This document shows, one piece after another, positions 1 to 11,989 of a stretch of DNA of 64,000 nucleotides; position 1 is the first letter of the stretch; each line of letters starts with the position of its first letter. A program made the translations under genes and the position numbers. The notes beneath the pieces were generated by a model, which saw nothing but the letters and a program-made list of their open reading frames with translations, was not told the origin of the DNA and searched no databases. This DNA comes from Amphiscolops sp. MND2022 (lineage: Eukaryota). The DNA lies in NCBI GenBank assembly GCA_964187785.1, contig OZ076417.1, forward strand, positions 10,540,001-10,604,000, in the 5' to 3' direction.

Positions 1-1433
1 TTTGTTAACAACTGCCAAGAATGTATTAAAGCGAAACCTGCAAAACCGAACACTCTGATACCTCCACTCGAACCAATTTATGACCCCTGCAACGGTCCTG
101 AAGATGTTCTCGAAATTGATCTCGTAGGTGAGTTACCGCTATCGAATGGGTACTCACACATTCTGACGGCATGTGATTATTTTTCGCGTTACCTGTTTGC
201 GATCCCGATCCGCAAACCTGACACGAAGTCCGTCGTCGATGCTCTGCTAGACAATTTCACAAACCACGCATACGTACCGAAACACATTATCACCGACAAA
301 GGTTCTGTCTTCACGTCACAGGTCATAACTGAACCGATGAACAAAGCTGGGATCAAAGTCTCTCACGCAACGATTAAACACGCCCAAACTATTGGGATGG
401 TCGAGAGATCACATCAACGCTTGAAACAGATCCTGGAAATAAACATCTCAGTAGACCGCCCACAATGGGACCGATACATCAATCTCGCTGTGATGGCACG
501 CAACACAACTTACCATCAAACTCTGAAATGTTCATCGACTGAGGTTTTCCACGGCCGTGTACCGTACAACGCACCGGACCTAAAATTTGGCAACCCCCTC
601 AGCCCACCGAGAAATGTTACCGATACACAGTCGTTAGTGGACAATCTGAACACCAAATTTAAAGAAACCCATACTAACATAATCCGTGCTTTCCGCAAGC
701 GTCACCCTTAAAAGTAAACGACTTTATCTTTCTACTGAACCCCAAAATTAGCGAGCAATCCGAAAAAATCCCTTTCAATTCCTTCAAATGGCAAGGGCCT
801 TACAAAGTTGTCAAAGTCTTAACACAATCGATTTATATTGTCAGAAAAGTCGGTACATTCAGAACGCAGTGTGTACATAGAATGCGGCTTCGCCCATTCG
901 TACCACATGATCCGATCGAGGATTTACACGACGATGCATCCCGTCACTATAGTGACCCCGACGCAATTGACGATCAGTCAATATTCAACAACAATCTGCC
1001 TGCACTCGAAACGCCACTGTCGGCTGAAAACACAGTGGAACTAGACACAAACGAAACTGACACAATCGACTCTGATCATGGAACAATCTATTACGAACAC
1101 AAAAGGGTTCACGAGGTACCACCTCTGCATAACCCTCTACATGAGACCATTCACACTGACCGTACGCACCAATCTGAAGCTGAAAATCAATCTGATGAAA
1201 TAGACATACCGTCTCCTGATCACGAGCCTGAACAACTTATCCAACCAAATAATGATGCGGCATCGACCACATCATATGCCGAAACATCCCAGCCAATCAC
1301 ACGAAATAACATTACTCGATACAGCCTTCGAGAGGCACCCGTGCCTAAAACGTTTGATAACTTTCTTGTTCATGAACTGCAAGCGAAGCCCGCACTCTTA
1401 AAATTCATGCAACGCAAATCTGCAAACCAATAG
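1..1433 (+). pseudogene. Ty3/Gypsy pol C-terminus (integrase), truncated by window start and frameshifted near 700
   Basis: Frame 1 from base 1 reads CQEC (end of HHCC finger), EIDLVG, ITDKGS and GMVER (D-D-E). After a frameshift it reads WQGPYKVV (GPY/F motif) into the acidic tail ending at 1433. Confidence 0.9.
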
Positions 1434-2497
1434 AAAAAATAAATACATGTAATCAAACCAATGTAGTCTAAGCCACCACATGCAACTATCATACCATTGA
1501 ATTCTTCTAATTACTTTCCACCATCCAGTGACGACAGATACTCACTGTCCTCAACAATTAGCTTACCGGCAGAGTAAAGTGTTACTCTCTACCGAGACAA
1601 CTGATCGCGAAAGTAAACACATGTAATGTAGTCATATACACCACATCTCTCTAACCGGAAATTGTTAAGTACATGTAAAACACATGCAAACGAGCTACTA
1701 ATTTATGCAATTCACAAAAATTTTCAACCACACAAATTCAAAGGGATCGCTTTGCAATTCTACGCCCACCAACCCTGAATCGACTAAACCAAACCGTTTT
1801 CAAACACGTCACAGTCCACAGTTGAGAATGTAAAAGGAACAGCTGACTCGTTTAAGTTACGTCGCCAGAATCTAGACTCACACTTCCGCCCTGACAAGTC
1901 ATGATGTGGTTCGGCTGTGTGGGTGCGTCATCAAAAGCGCGACATTAGTTCGATCATTGGGAAGGAGCGGTGCAGCTCCGTTCATTCACCTTGGTGTAAC
2001 CACAGGGCGTCAATACCACTTTCCGAGACCTGTGGGTAAACATCCGTGAATGAAACACTGTCTTAATTGGTGGCTACGTGAGTAACCACCATGCAATCTC
2101 ACTGGAACAAAAACCAACTCTACTCAGCTTCCTGACAAATTGTAACCAGCTAACAAAATACACAGGTAAAAAATTTGTATAACGTAGGCAACATGTAAAT
2201 TCCAAATCAGTAACGATGCCAAAAGCAAAACAAAAAAAATATATGAAGGTCATGTACCAACAATAACTGAATACGACAACAAACAACACAACGGGTATGC
2301 AGCATGAACCAAGAATCAACGAAATGAGAAACAAAAAACAAGTCCATAGCAATGAAAAAGTTTACAAGTCACCAAGAACAAATAAATGAGCGCTAGTACT
2401 CATCTGATGATTCGACAATCGTCCATTTCGCCCTCCTTTTAGTAGTTGATTTCTTCTGTCCATGAGCTGTTGGACTACTAGCACAACTAGACAAGAC

Positions 2498-5400
2498 TTA
2501 AGTCTTAGAACTACACGGTTTCCCTCCTGTCCTTCTTCCACGCTGCCCGCGAGTACTAGAACCGTGACCTCTTCCTTTCGCGCCAGACACACGCACACCT
2601 TTCTTAACTGTTTTCCCGCTGGTGCCGACTTCACTCGTTCCAGTAGTTATCTGCACAGCAGCTTGTACACGCGCTCCTTTTCTCTTGGAAGGACCAGCTG
2701 AACCCTTCGCTCTCGGACTACTTGAAATACGGACAGGGCTAGTTGCGATGACTTCCATAACATTTAGCTGCGCCAACACTGCGGACCTGTAATCGTCAAC
2801 CATAGGCACAACAGGAGAACTAAGGTCATTTGTCAAAATGCTGACACAACGCGCCAAAATTTGATCGAGCCCTATCTTGAGCAGTTGATCCCAGGGCTTT
2901 CCGCGCACTCCGTCGGACAACCTCGACACGAGCATATCAGTCGACTCCGAAAGGCGTAACAGTCCTCGTAAGTTCTTGCGTGTTTGTCCCACAAATGAGT
3001 GTGTAAACCAACTCCTCACTAAGTGTAGACTAGATGTCAAGGTATCTACATCCAATGCAGTAGAGGCTTCACCATCGAAGTTAGTCTCATACGTACCGCT
3101 AACAGTAATGACGACAACCAAGTCCAGCACTTGCTTCAACTGACCGCATCGATCCCAATGAGGGTATGACAGCCACATCGAAATTATGTCCTCAACTACA
3201 GGCACTTCATCCTGCTGAACAGTCCACTTTCGTTTAAAATACTGGGTGACATCAAGATATTGCTGTTGAACTGTACCTCCACTGCCCATATCCAACAACC
3301 CATGACTGGTAAACACAGCACACGTCTCAACTAACGCATCAACGCGTCGATCATCAGATCCTCTGTGGATAAAAGTAGGGTCGAACGGCGACAAACTTAG
3401 GTACTTTGGCTACACTCGCTGCCACATTGCAGTTAGTCCCCTGCACAGAGCAACAAGCAACTTTTGCACAGACTTGTAGAAGTACGGCAACTGCGAACTT
3501 ATATCGAATCGGAAGAACTGCCCAAAATGTAATCGGTATAAGTTAGCATCGACATCTGCACATTCACACTCGAAGGTTTTCAGTAGCGTTTCAATTTCGT
3601 ACTCCGCTGGAATACTACTAGCTGGATAGACGAACTGCATCAGACTGCGAATAAACTGGGCCAACTCACGCTCTACGACTTGTCTCCGATCGCGACCTTT
3701 TCCACATAATCGTCCACAGAGCTTTGCCACTAAAAAACCACAACCAAAATTCAATAAACAAGTCTACCCGTACGAAACACTCCTGAAACGAACCGTTATA
3801 CTCCGCGAACAGCGTCAAAAACACAACACCAAAAAGCACCCCCATTCCCTTTTTTTGACTAGACCAAACACAATCATAGTATACTCACTCAGATCTAGTA
3901 CTAGTCGGAGGATTGCAAATCGGGGTCGAATCATAGCGTCGTCGAACACCTGCTTTTCAAGAGGTGTCACCACTATCAGTTCTGACGTTATCGCAGGACG
4001 GGTGCTCACGAAATGCAAAGCCAGCTCGTTCCAATGTTCCACCACTTCACCACACACTTTTGCTAACTGGCTAACGTCGTCTCCTCCAAATTGTACGTAC
4101 TATAAAATCACACAGTGCCCTTTACTACCACGGCAATAACAATGACCCCATCGTCACCACATCACAGACTACAAATCCATAGCAAGAATTGTATGTCTTA
4201 TAAAACACTTTAAGGTCTCGACTCCACCTCTTTCAAACCCCCCCCCATGCCACAACGACACACAACGCGAAAACAAACAAAAAAGGAAGCGGACCAAGAA
4301 GTTTTTTTTCTCTCACCTGACGCAAGTGTGGCAATCGGTCCATGAAACGTTCACGCACTACCGGCATCAACCGCACCTTGAAGTACTCTAGCACACTTAG
4401 AGGGTCCAAGCCACTGAATTCAGCCAGAAACTGTCGTTGAATTTCTTGAAACACTGTACTGGAAGTGACCATTCCAACAACTAATGGAGTATCAGACACA
4501 AGAGAAGCAGCAACTGATCTCCCGACCAGCAATTCTCCTTCCACAGTCACACTTTTGATTTCTGCCCTCTGCTGCAGACACGCGAGAACCGGCACGATAT
4601 TTTCTACTAAGTGCTTTTCCCATCCACTGGTATCAGCAACAACTGACAACACAATCGTCTTCACCTGCAGACCACTGATGACGTGACACTCACCACGCCA
4701 CTGTCCATTACACTGAGACAGGCTCATACCAGCACAGCAACTAGTCTCCAGCAAAGAGTCCAGTCGGTCCAACACGTAGGGATACAACCCATACAACACC
4801 AAACTCTACAATACAACACTACCTTAAGTCCAAAGTCCGCCAAACCATTTACACCGAAACACACCCACACACACACGTACAACCTCACTTCAAAGCTAAG
4901 TCATGCAATGCACTGATAACAACGCCATCGACGAAAAACCTATACACACAATAACAGAAGCAACACGTACCTGACATCGAGGATAATTCAAAGTCCTGCT
5001 TTCGAATCGCAACTCGGCTGATGTACACGCACACCAACCATCCACGAGACGTAGAACCCCGTCAAACGACGTTGAATTGGCAAAGGCGACGACGAAATTA
5101 CACAACCACAAATAGTTTGTACTTTCTTCGGACAACTGTGGCCGTTGACTCTCCTCCTCCTCCTCCTCCTCCTCCTCCTCCTCCTCCTCCTCCTCCTCCT
5201 CCTCCTCCTCCTCCTCCTCCTCCTCTTCTTCGATGACAATCCGCTCTTCGACCGTCCGACTCAACTCTGATTCCATGAAAACCGGTGGTTCTGACATCCG
5301 TTCACGCCTGATTCTTTGATCTTCTTCGGCCGTTACAGCTCGACAACACTTACCAAGTAGTGGCCTTTGGGTCATGATGCGATATTTTTGTTCCAATCTG

Positions 5401-5657
5401 GTGTGCTCGACTCCCTTCCAATGATCCCACAATGACGATAAGCCACGACCAGCGATGCTCAGATCTGCCCTGCACAGCAGACAACGGGCATAACCGTCGA
5501 TGACACGCTTCCGCCTGGGACAACCCACGAAAGTTCCCACGACACCAGAAACAAAGTAGGACGGCTTCAGCGTCTTGATTTTCCGGGTCCGAACTGAAAA
5601 GCAATAGACACTACTGCACAGCTGCTGATGACGGAACCTTCTTCGGTGTAAAGACAA
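2498..5657 (-). pseudogene. Decayed BED-type zinc finger / hAT-transposase-like coding region
   Basis: Collinear minus-strand ORFs. CLLC-x15-HWKGVEH resembles a BED finger. The C-terminal MWLSYPHWDRCGQLKQVLDLVVVITVSGTYETNF loosely resembles the hAT dimerisation motif. ORFs 3410-3754 and 2498-3394 share a frame separated by one TAG. Confidence 0.45.
5151..5225. repeat. (CCT)n/(GAG)n microsatellite, about 25 units, read as poly-Glu in the minus-strand ORF
   Basis: Directly visible pure trinucleotide run. Confidence 0.97.
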
Positions 5658-5708
5658 CTCAGAAAAAAAAACCCCTCGTATAAAACATAGTTTTTTTAAA
5701 CGTTTTTA

Positions 5709-6879
5709 CTAAAACCCGTCATGTGATCTTATGAGATTCTTACCAGGTTTCACAGCACCAGTCTGAGGTACAACAGATGTCTTCGCAGAATGGACATCCC
5801 CGAAAGCGGAAGGCATAGTGGAACTCGCAATTGACCCACCCTCACGAACAGCAACTGAACCAGCAGGCGGAGCAACTACTGAAGCAACTACCGAGGCTTG
5901 GATACCACCAGTACCACCACTGGTCAACGGCCCAGACGCCTCCACTGCAATCGCGGCATTGACGACGACAGTCTTCAGACGCCCTACCAACTCTTCAATG
6001 GCCATAGCACCAACAGTGCCCAGCCGGCCCAGCGTCGATTCCACAGTCGCCTTCACAACATGCGACAATTTCTTCTCAAGCTCATTGATTGATGCGAGCA
6101 GAGTAACCATAGATAAGGACTCGCTGGAGGGATCACCTATACAACGAAGCCACCAATCACTACCAATGGGATGAGGCCCTAACCACATTCCTACGTCCTA
6201 TGGAAGACCCCTACCTTCCCGCACACTGAACAATAAAACCCGACCGGAACCACAACGCCTTATTAATTAATCACATTACTTACTAGTCGTAGTTTGAAGA
6301 TTGCTCTCGAGTCTAGGCTCCTCTGCAGCGGCACCAGAAGTAGCCGATGATGGCTCACCAGTACGTAACATGCCACGCAGCACCTTGACAACCTCCACCA
6401 AACTCAGTTCCTCTAGAAATAGCAACGCCAAAATGAAACACGAGCTCACACTCGTTAAAACTGCCCTAACAGTGAATCCGAGGCAATAGATCCCGGGAAG
6501 TTCTGAAGAAACAATGAGACGGTACGCACCCTACACCTTATCGTTATTCCATTGTCTTTAAATTGCCTTGATGTGTCATATAACCCTACCCGAGAAAACC
6601 GAAACCAACAAAATCAACCACAAGTGACAAGTACATACGGAATTCGTTAGATAACGCTATCTCGAGCAGAGATACAGCTGACTCTACGTTGGTCGCATCC
6701 AGTCGTTCAGCAAACCGACAGCAAACTGCGACTGTCCCTTCTGCCAGCACGTCATCAACACCAGCTGGCAAATCGCCTCCATCCGAGGATTGACTTAAGC
6801 TCGATAGCTCTGATAATAAATTTTCAGCTGCTTGCACAAGTGAGGATACTTCCTCATCAGACGGATCCACGGCCGACAT
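5709..6879 (-). CDS. Putative upstream exons of the same minus-strand locus, function unknown
   Basis: Protein-like ORFs with GTAAGA (about 5738-5743) and GTAAGT (about 6278-6283) donor-like sites and T-rich AG acceptors on the minus strand. Confidence 0.3.
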
Positions 6880-8419
6880 TCAATCGTTGACGATAACAAT
6901 AATTGCTAATATAACAAATTACGACCTATGGCAAACGGTGAGCATTGCGATCTACCAGATTTCAGTATCTCCATTTGACAATGAAGCGGCTTGATCAACC
7001 ACATCATTTCATATCGGAGAATTCTCATGTTCCTCAAAGAGTGTACCCACCCACAACTCGAAGTTATTCTCCAGTAAAATTACCCTTCCAAAGAATCAAC
7101 TGATTCGAATGATTATGATCGCTACTGCTTAACTAGCCTTCCACTGGTCTACAAAAAAAATTTTGTTTCACAAAGGAGGAACTGAATTACAAGAACCATA
7201 ATTAATCCAGTTTTACCCCAAGTTACCGTAATGGCAAAAGGCATATTTCATGTTCCGCTACTCAAATCATCAACACAGACTAATTGTATAATTACCCCAT
7301 CCTGTTTATATTATTTGATCTAATCTCAAAACAAACGTTTTCTACCTCCATAAAATTCATCGCAATACTGACACCAACTGCCTCTTTCAGCAAAACGGTA
7401 AACAATGTAGTCAGTGTACAACCTCTATCGGATTCGTATTTGGCATCGACGAAGATTTGTTTACAAAGCGCACGACTGCCTCCACTATTCTCTTCAGAAT
7501 GATTTCCAACTAAGCCGAGTAATTATATACGCTGCCACGTTACATTAATATCCGGCGAATTCAACTTTCATTCTCTTACTACTGCTAACAACAATGCGCA
7601 CGACCGGATTACGTGGCTAATATCACCACATCAACTGACTATTTACTCTCGACCGAAGCGGATCGGTCCATGCGGAACACCATTTCCTCCTCTCGCTTGC
7701 CAATAGGAACAACGAATCGACAAGTTGAACATTACAGTTGTGACACCGAATAACCGCTACCAATGTGGTTACTATGACAACATCGCTGCCAATCCAAACA
7801 GCCGATTGATACCGAGCTTAAAAATGCTCACGGGAATACGACGACCGAACTCTCTAACGATGAGACACAACTTTACACCACCCCCATTACATGTTCTTTT
7901 CAAAAAAGACCCGGAGTGTCATGCCTGACGCATGAAAAATACATACAATAATGAAGGAAGTCACCCTACATATTAAAAGATGTAGAAGAAACCAGCAAAC
8001 AGCAAATGGAATGTGAAAATGTGATGAACTAAACCACATCACAAAACTCGATCTTCACTAAATAACCTTGCCTCATTCACCCATTTTCGTACATTTACTT
8101 TGTAAACTAAATTCGCATCACTTTTAGTTGATAGTAAAGTAATGTGGATGACATGCCATTATTAGATTTCATATCAACACTATTAGTCCCGTGTTCAATA
8201 TATAGATTAGTCCGTCACTCATATGATGCTAAACGTAACCACATTTAATACCAAATATTGAGTCATGTAACTATAGCAACGCAATTCAACGCAATTGCGT
8301 TCTGTTTCGGTGCTACACCAAAAATTGTGCAAGTACCAACCAAGGTGTGAACGAGCAATAAGATATGATTGGTCGATGTGGTCACGTGACCATTGTCGCC
8401 ATAATTGACACCAGCAAAT

Positions 8420-8890
8420 ATAGTACCATCAGTAGACTTTGTGTAGTTTTAACGTACAGTTGCTTACCACATCAGTTCTTGATATTGCAAAATTCAACAT
8501 TTACAACCTACTACTATCAACACTCAAAAAAATATTAAAACTCCGTTTGTTCTTTACAATGGTCAATACTCGTTCCCAAGGAAGAAGCTCTATCCTAGTG
8601 TTTATGAGCGGAATGGATAAACACGACAGAAGCAGCGATATTGAAAGTGAATGTAGTGACCCTGAGGTCCTCTCTAGAGACCAAATCGATGAATTAGACG
8701 ATGGAAATCTTATCCGTACTAATAACAACTCAGAGCAAAGATCGATCGATCAACGCTTCTCAGAGATGAATAAACAGATTAGCGAGCTTACCGGATTAGT
8801 TTTGGCCTTAACTGAAAAGTTATCCTCCAATAAAGGAGAAGGGAACAATCAGAGTACAGCGTCAGACAAGACCTGTGCACGTTCCGACAT
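8420..8890 (+). mobile_element. Possible 5-prime fragment of a Gypsy-like internal region (gag start MVNTRSQ)
   Basis: MVNTRS-type start followed by acidic and coiled-coil segments, preceded by a degenerate PBS-like TAGTACCATCAG. No downstream gag or pol. Confidence 0.35.
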
Positions 8891-9475
8891 AGATACCAGT
8901 CGTGTGATTGGTATTACGAAACTGAATAGCAATTCAAAAATTCAGATTCCAATAGTGTAGCATTTCTCAACAAGTAGCCAAAACAACTTTCTCTTTCATC
9001 TTCAATTGGACTTTCAATTGGAATTTTATATAATCCCCAATGATGACTTCATGGGTTTCATTTTCATATAGAAGTGAGATTTATTTTTTATATTTAATTG
9101 CAGAACTGGAAAATGCAATGTAATTATACCACCGGAAACATACAGAAATTTCTAGGTTTTATGAAATATTACCCTCCATGCAGGCCTGCAACATGTAAAA
9201 AGTTCCACCAGCCTCGACTATGTATGTCCGACATTTCGATTTTCTGGAAATCTTCGTTCCTCATACACTGCGTTCCAAATTATTACACAAGTATCAAATT
9301 ACTAGTAAACACCAATTTTAAGATTCGCCGGAGCAATCCAGCTTTACAAGCGTTTTTAAGCTTCACTGGGAAAGTTTTGCAAGAAACGTGGTATCTAAAA
9401 CAATTCAGATGAAAAGAAACAGTCGAAAATCTCTTTTCCAAGTGTTCCGATTTATTAGTTGCAAATTGCAAAAGT

Positions 9476-10627
9476 TCAACAGATTATTTTATCTAAAGAG
9501 TTGAAGTTTGATCTAATGATAGACATAGCCAAATTTTCCCTTGTTCTTGAGTATTGTAACAATCTGCTTATCCATTGATTTTGTAAGGTTTTGAATAGTA
9601 TGAGGTTCAATATTGGAACAAATAGTTTTGATCGAGTCCCAGAGATCTTTTTTATGTTGTACTCCTTTCCACTTTCGTATAATTTTGCTTTTACGATAAC
9701 CCACAAGTTCTCCATTGGATTGAGATCCGGAGAGTTTGCTGGCCAATTCGTTAGACGCTTTCCCGCCAAATAATGAATGCGCAGAAAAACTCGAGCCATG
9801 AGGGACGCGTGAGATGGAGCATTGTCGTCCATGAATACGAAGATGTCCTGAAGGCCAGGTTCTAGAAGATGTGTTTTAGGAATCAAATTTCGTTCCTGGA
9901 ACTCGGTGTACGTGAAAGCGGACATTTTCACGCCCTCCGGTACCTTGAAAGGGCCTATGAGTTTAGACCCAAGAATAGCTGCCCAAAACATGACCCCTCC
10001 ATCTCCTTGCTCTCGTCGTAGCCTAACTGGGATGTCCAGCTTGTTCAATACCCAACCTTTTGAGAACCCATCTGGGCCATCCAAGGTTGATCGGCATTCG
10101 TCATTTCAACTCCCTTTTTTTATGGTTCATAGTCAATGGAGGCTTTTTAACCGCTGATTTCATTTCAGCCAGGACTTGGATTATCCTCCAGAGGCTAGTT
10201 CTACTTTCAACTTGAATATTGCTTCCATTGAAACACTTTCGAGACGTCGTAAGTGGGTTTCGAGCAATTGCCATCTTCAAAACTGTCATTTCCCTTTTCT
10301 TGATTATTCTAATGTAGCCTTTGTTACTTCTACTTCTGACTTTGGATGCTTTTTGAGAAACGTTTTTGGTTGTTCGGTGGTTTCGAGATAACATTCTTGC
10401 TATTTCGATTGTAGTTTTTTGATTAGACAATAATTCTGATCTTTTTCAATTGTTGTCAAATCACGTTTCCTCCCCTTAATGTTGCCTCTATACAAAGCGA
10501 AATATTAACAATCTAATCCCATAAAATTTAATCCCAAATTAATCCCAACACAACAGCCTCACAAATCGGTCGTGTTTACAAACAGATTTCGTATGAAACT
10601 TTTCGCTTGAACTTTTGAACACTACTG
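9476..10627 (-). mobile_element. IS630/Tc1/mariner transposon, DD37E (TRT-like), decayed
   Basis: N-terminal HTH, DECRSTLDGPDG, RREQGDGGVMFWA, and DNAPSH...SPDLNPME with 37 residues between D and E. One end reads CAGTAGTGTTCAAAA on the minus strand at 10627. Several frameshifts. Second TIR not found. Confidence 0.85.
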
Positions 10628-10660
10628 CGTTACCAAAATAGCTCAAACAGTTAAAACAAA

Positions 10661-11688
10661 ATGGCGGATTCCATTGATTCATAGAAGTCTTCCTTGTCAA
10701 TTTTACCTTTTGAAACATTCAAAAAAAATTACGAAAGGTGAAAATTATCGTCTTTACGAAGAGTGTTACAACAAATCCCAACAAGACGCCCTCATGAAAG
10801 ACCTTCTGTTGGAACTTCTATCGTCAATGAAAGATACTACAAAACTGTTACTCGAACGTTTTCCTTTTTCCGATAAAGCAGAAGCCAAACAAAACAAAAT
10901 GGACAATACGAATGAACAACGAATAAGATACCTGAACGTACGAGAACACTACGCCTTGTCATCTGTTACAAAAAATTCTGATTCTGGGTTCTAGTTTTGT
11001 AAAACGGATAAGCAGGGATATTTTTGCGGAAGATGTTTCAGTCCTTGCTTACCCTGGGAGCAAAACTGAGGATAAAATTGAATTAGTTAAAAAGTACAAG
11101 ATTTAGACACATCTAGTTTCCCTAGTTTTACAAGATGGAACATATACAATTTTGAAAGAGAGGGAAAAATCAGTCGAACAAGTTATCGAAGGGCAACGAA
11201 GTGTTATTACACTATCGCAACAAATTTTTGAACCTGAGAAAATTTTCATGTGTGAAGTTCCTCCTCTCAAGTCAAGCATCGAAAATTCGGATGTCAATAA
11301 AAAAGTTGATGAGGTGAAGTTACAGTTACAAGCTTTATGCCATGAATTTCCTAATGTAGAACTTGTGCCGTTATGCAAAGAAATCAAAAACTGCCAGAGG
11401 ATGAATGACCTCTACGTTGACAATAATCATTTTAATTACCAATTTGGACTACCTTTCATTTGTAATATTATGAAAAGATGTGTTCTTCCCCATTCCTCGA
11501 ATATACCGCGCAGTCAACCAACTCGAAGCAGATTTCGCATCATGTATACCACCTGTGACAAGTATACACCGCGGAAACAACAAACTCGAAGTCACTTTCA
11601 CAGTAACTATACGAAATACAACAACTATAGAACTCAATCTGCTTATCGATACCACCCTGAGAACACCTACTTCTACATGAATGGATAA
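10661..11688 (+). pseudogene. LINE ORF1 with SGNH/GDSL esterase-like domain
   Basis: SVLAYPGSK (block II), LVLQDGT (block III), FMCEVPP and YVDNNHFN (DxxH, block V) lie in one frame with one in-frame TAG. Esterase-type ORF1 is established for CR1/L2 LINEs. Confidence 0.65.
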
Positions 11689-11952
11689 ATATGAAGAATT
11701 ATTGAGCTCATTTTGATTAACGCAGTTCTGGAATTAACGGAAGTTCTCCAAATGACTTTTCAATCGTTTCGTTTGTTCCTCACTGTGAGCGTCCTCACAG
11801 TTTCTGCCCCATTCAGTAAGCTTAACTTGATCTCAACTCACTTCACATATTCGCTCTATGGGTTGAAACATAGGCTATTTAGGAATAATTTTTTTGTTTT
11901 TTCTGTCCCACGGAACGAACCAGATAATTCGAAAAATCTCATGAAATCAGGC

Positions 11953-11976
11953 GATGTGGAAACGAACCCTGGACCT
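11953..11976 (+). other. 2A (StopGo) ribosome-skipping motif DVETNPGP
   Basis: Exact D(V/I)ExNPGP consensus in KNLMKSGDVETNPGP. In frame with the APE domain (PIV*KDLVSIFNENGKKLKFFHVNCQSL) through one nonsense codon. Confidence 0.9.
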
Positions 11977-11989
11977 CCAATTGTATAAA

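Noticed and set aside
1900-2400. 3-prime LTR of the first Gypsy element
   Set aside because: No second copy in the window and no clear PPT/TG junction.
4988-5239. Poly-Arg and poly-Pro ORFs
   Set aside because: Alternative readings of the (CCT)n microsatellite.
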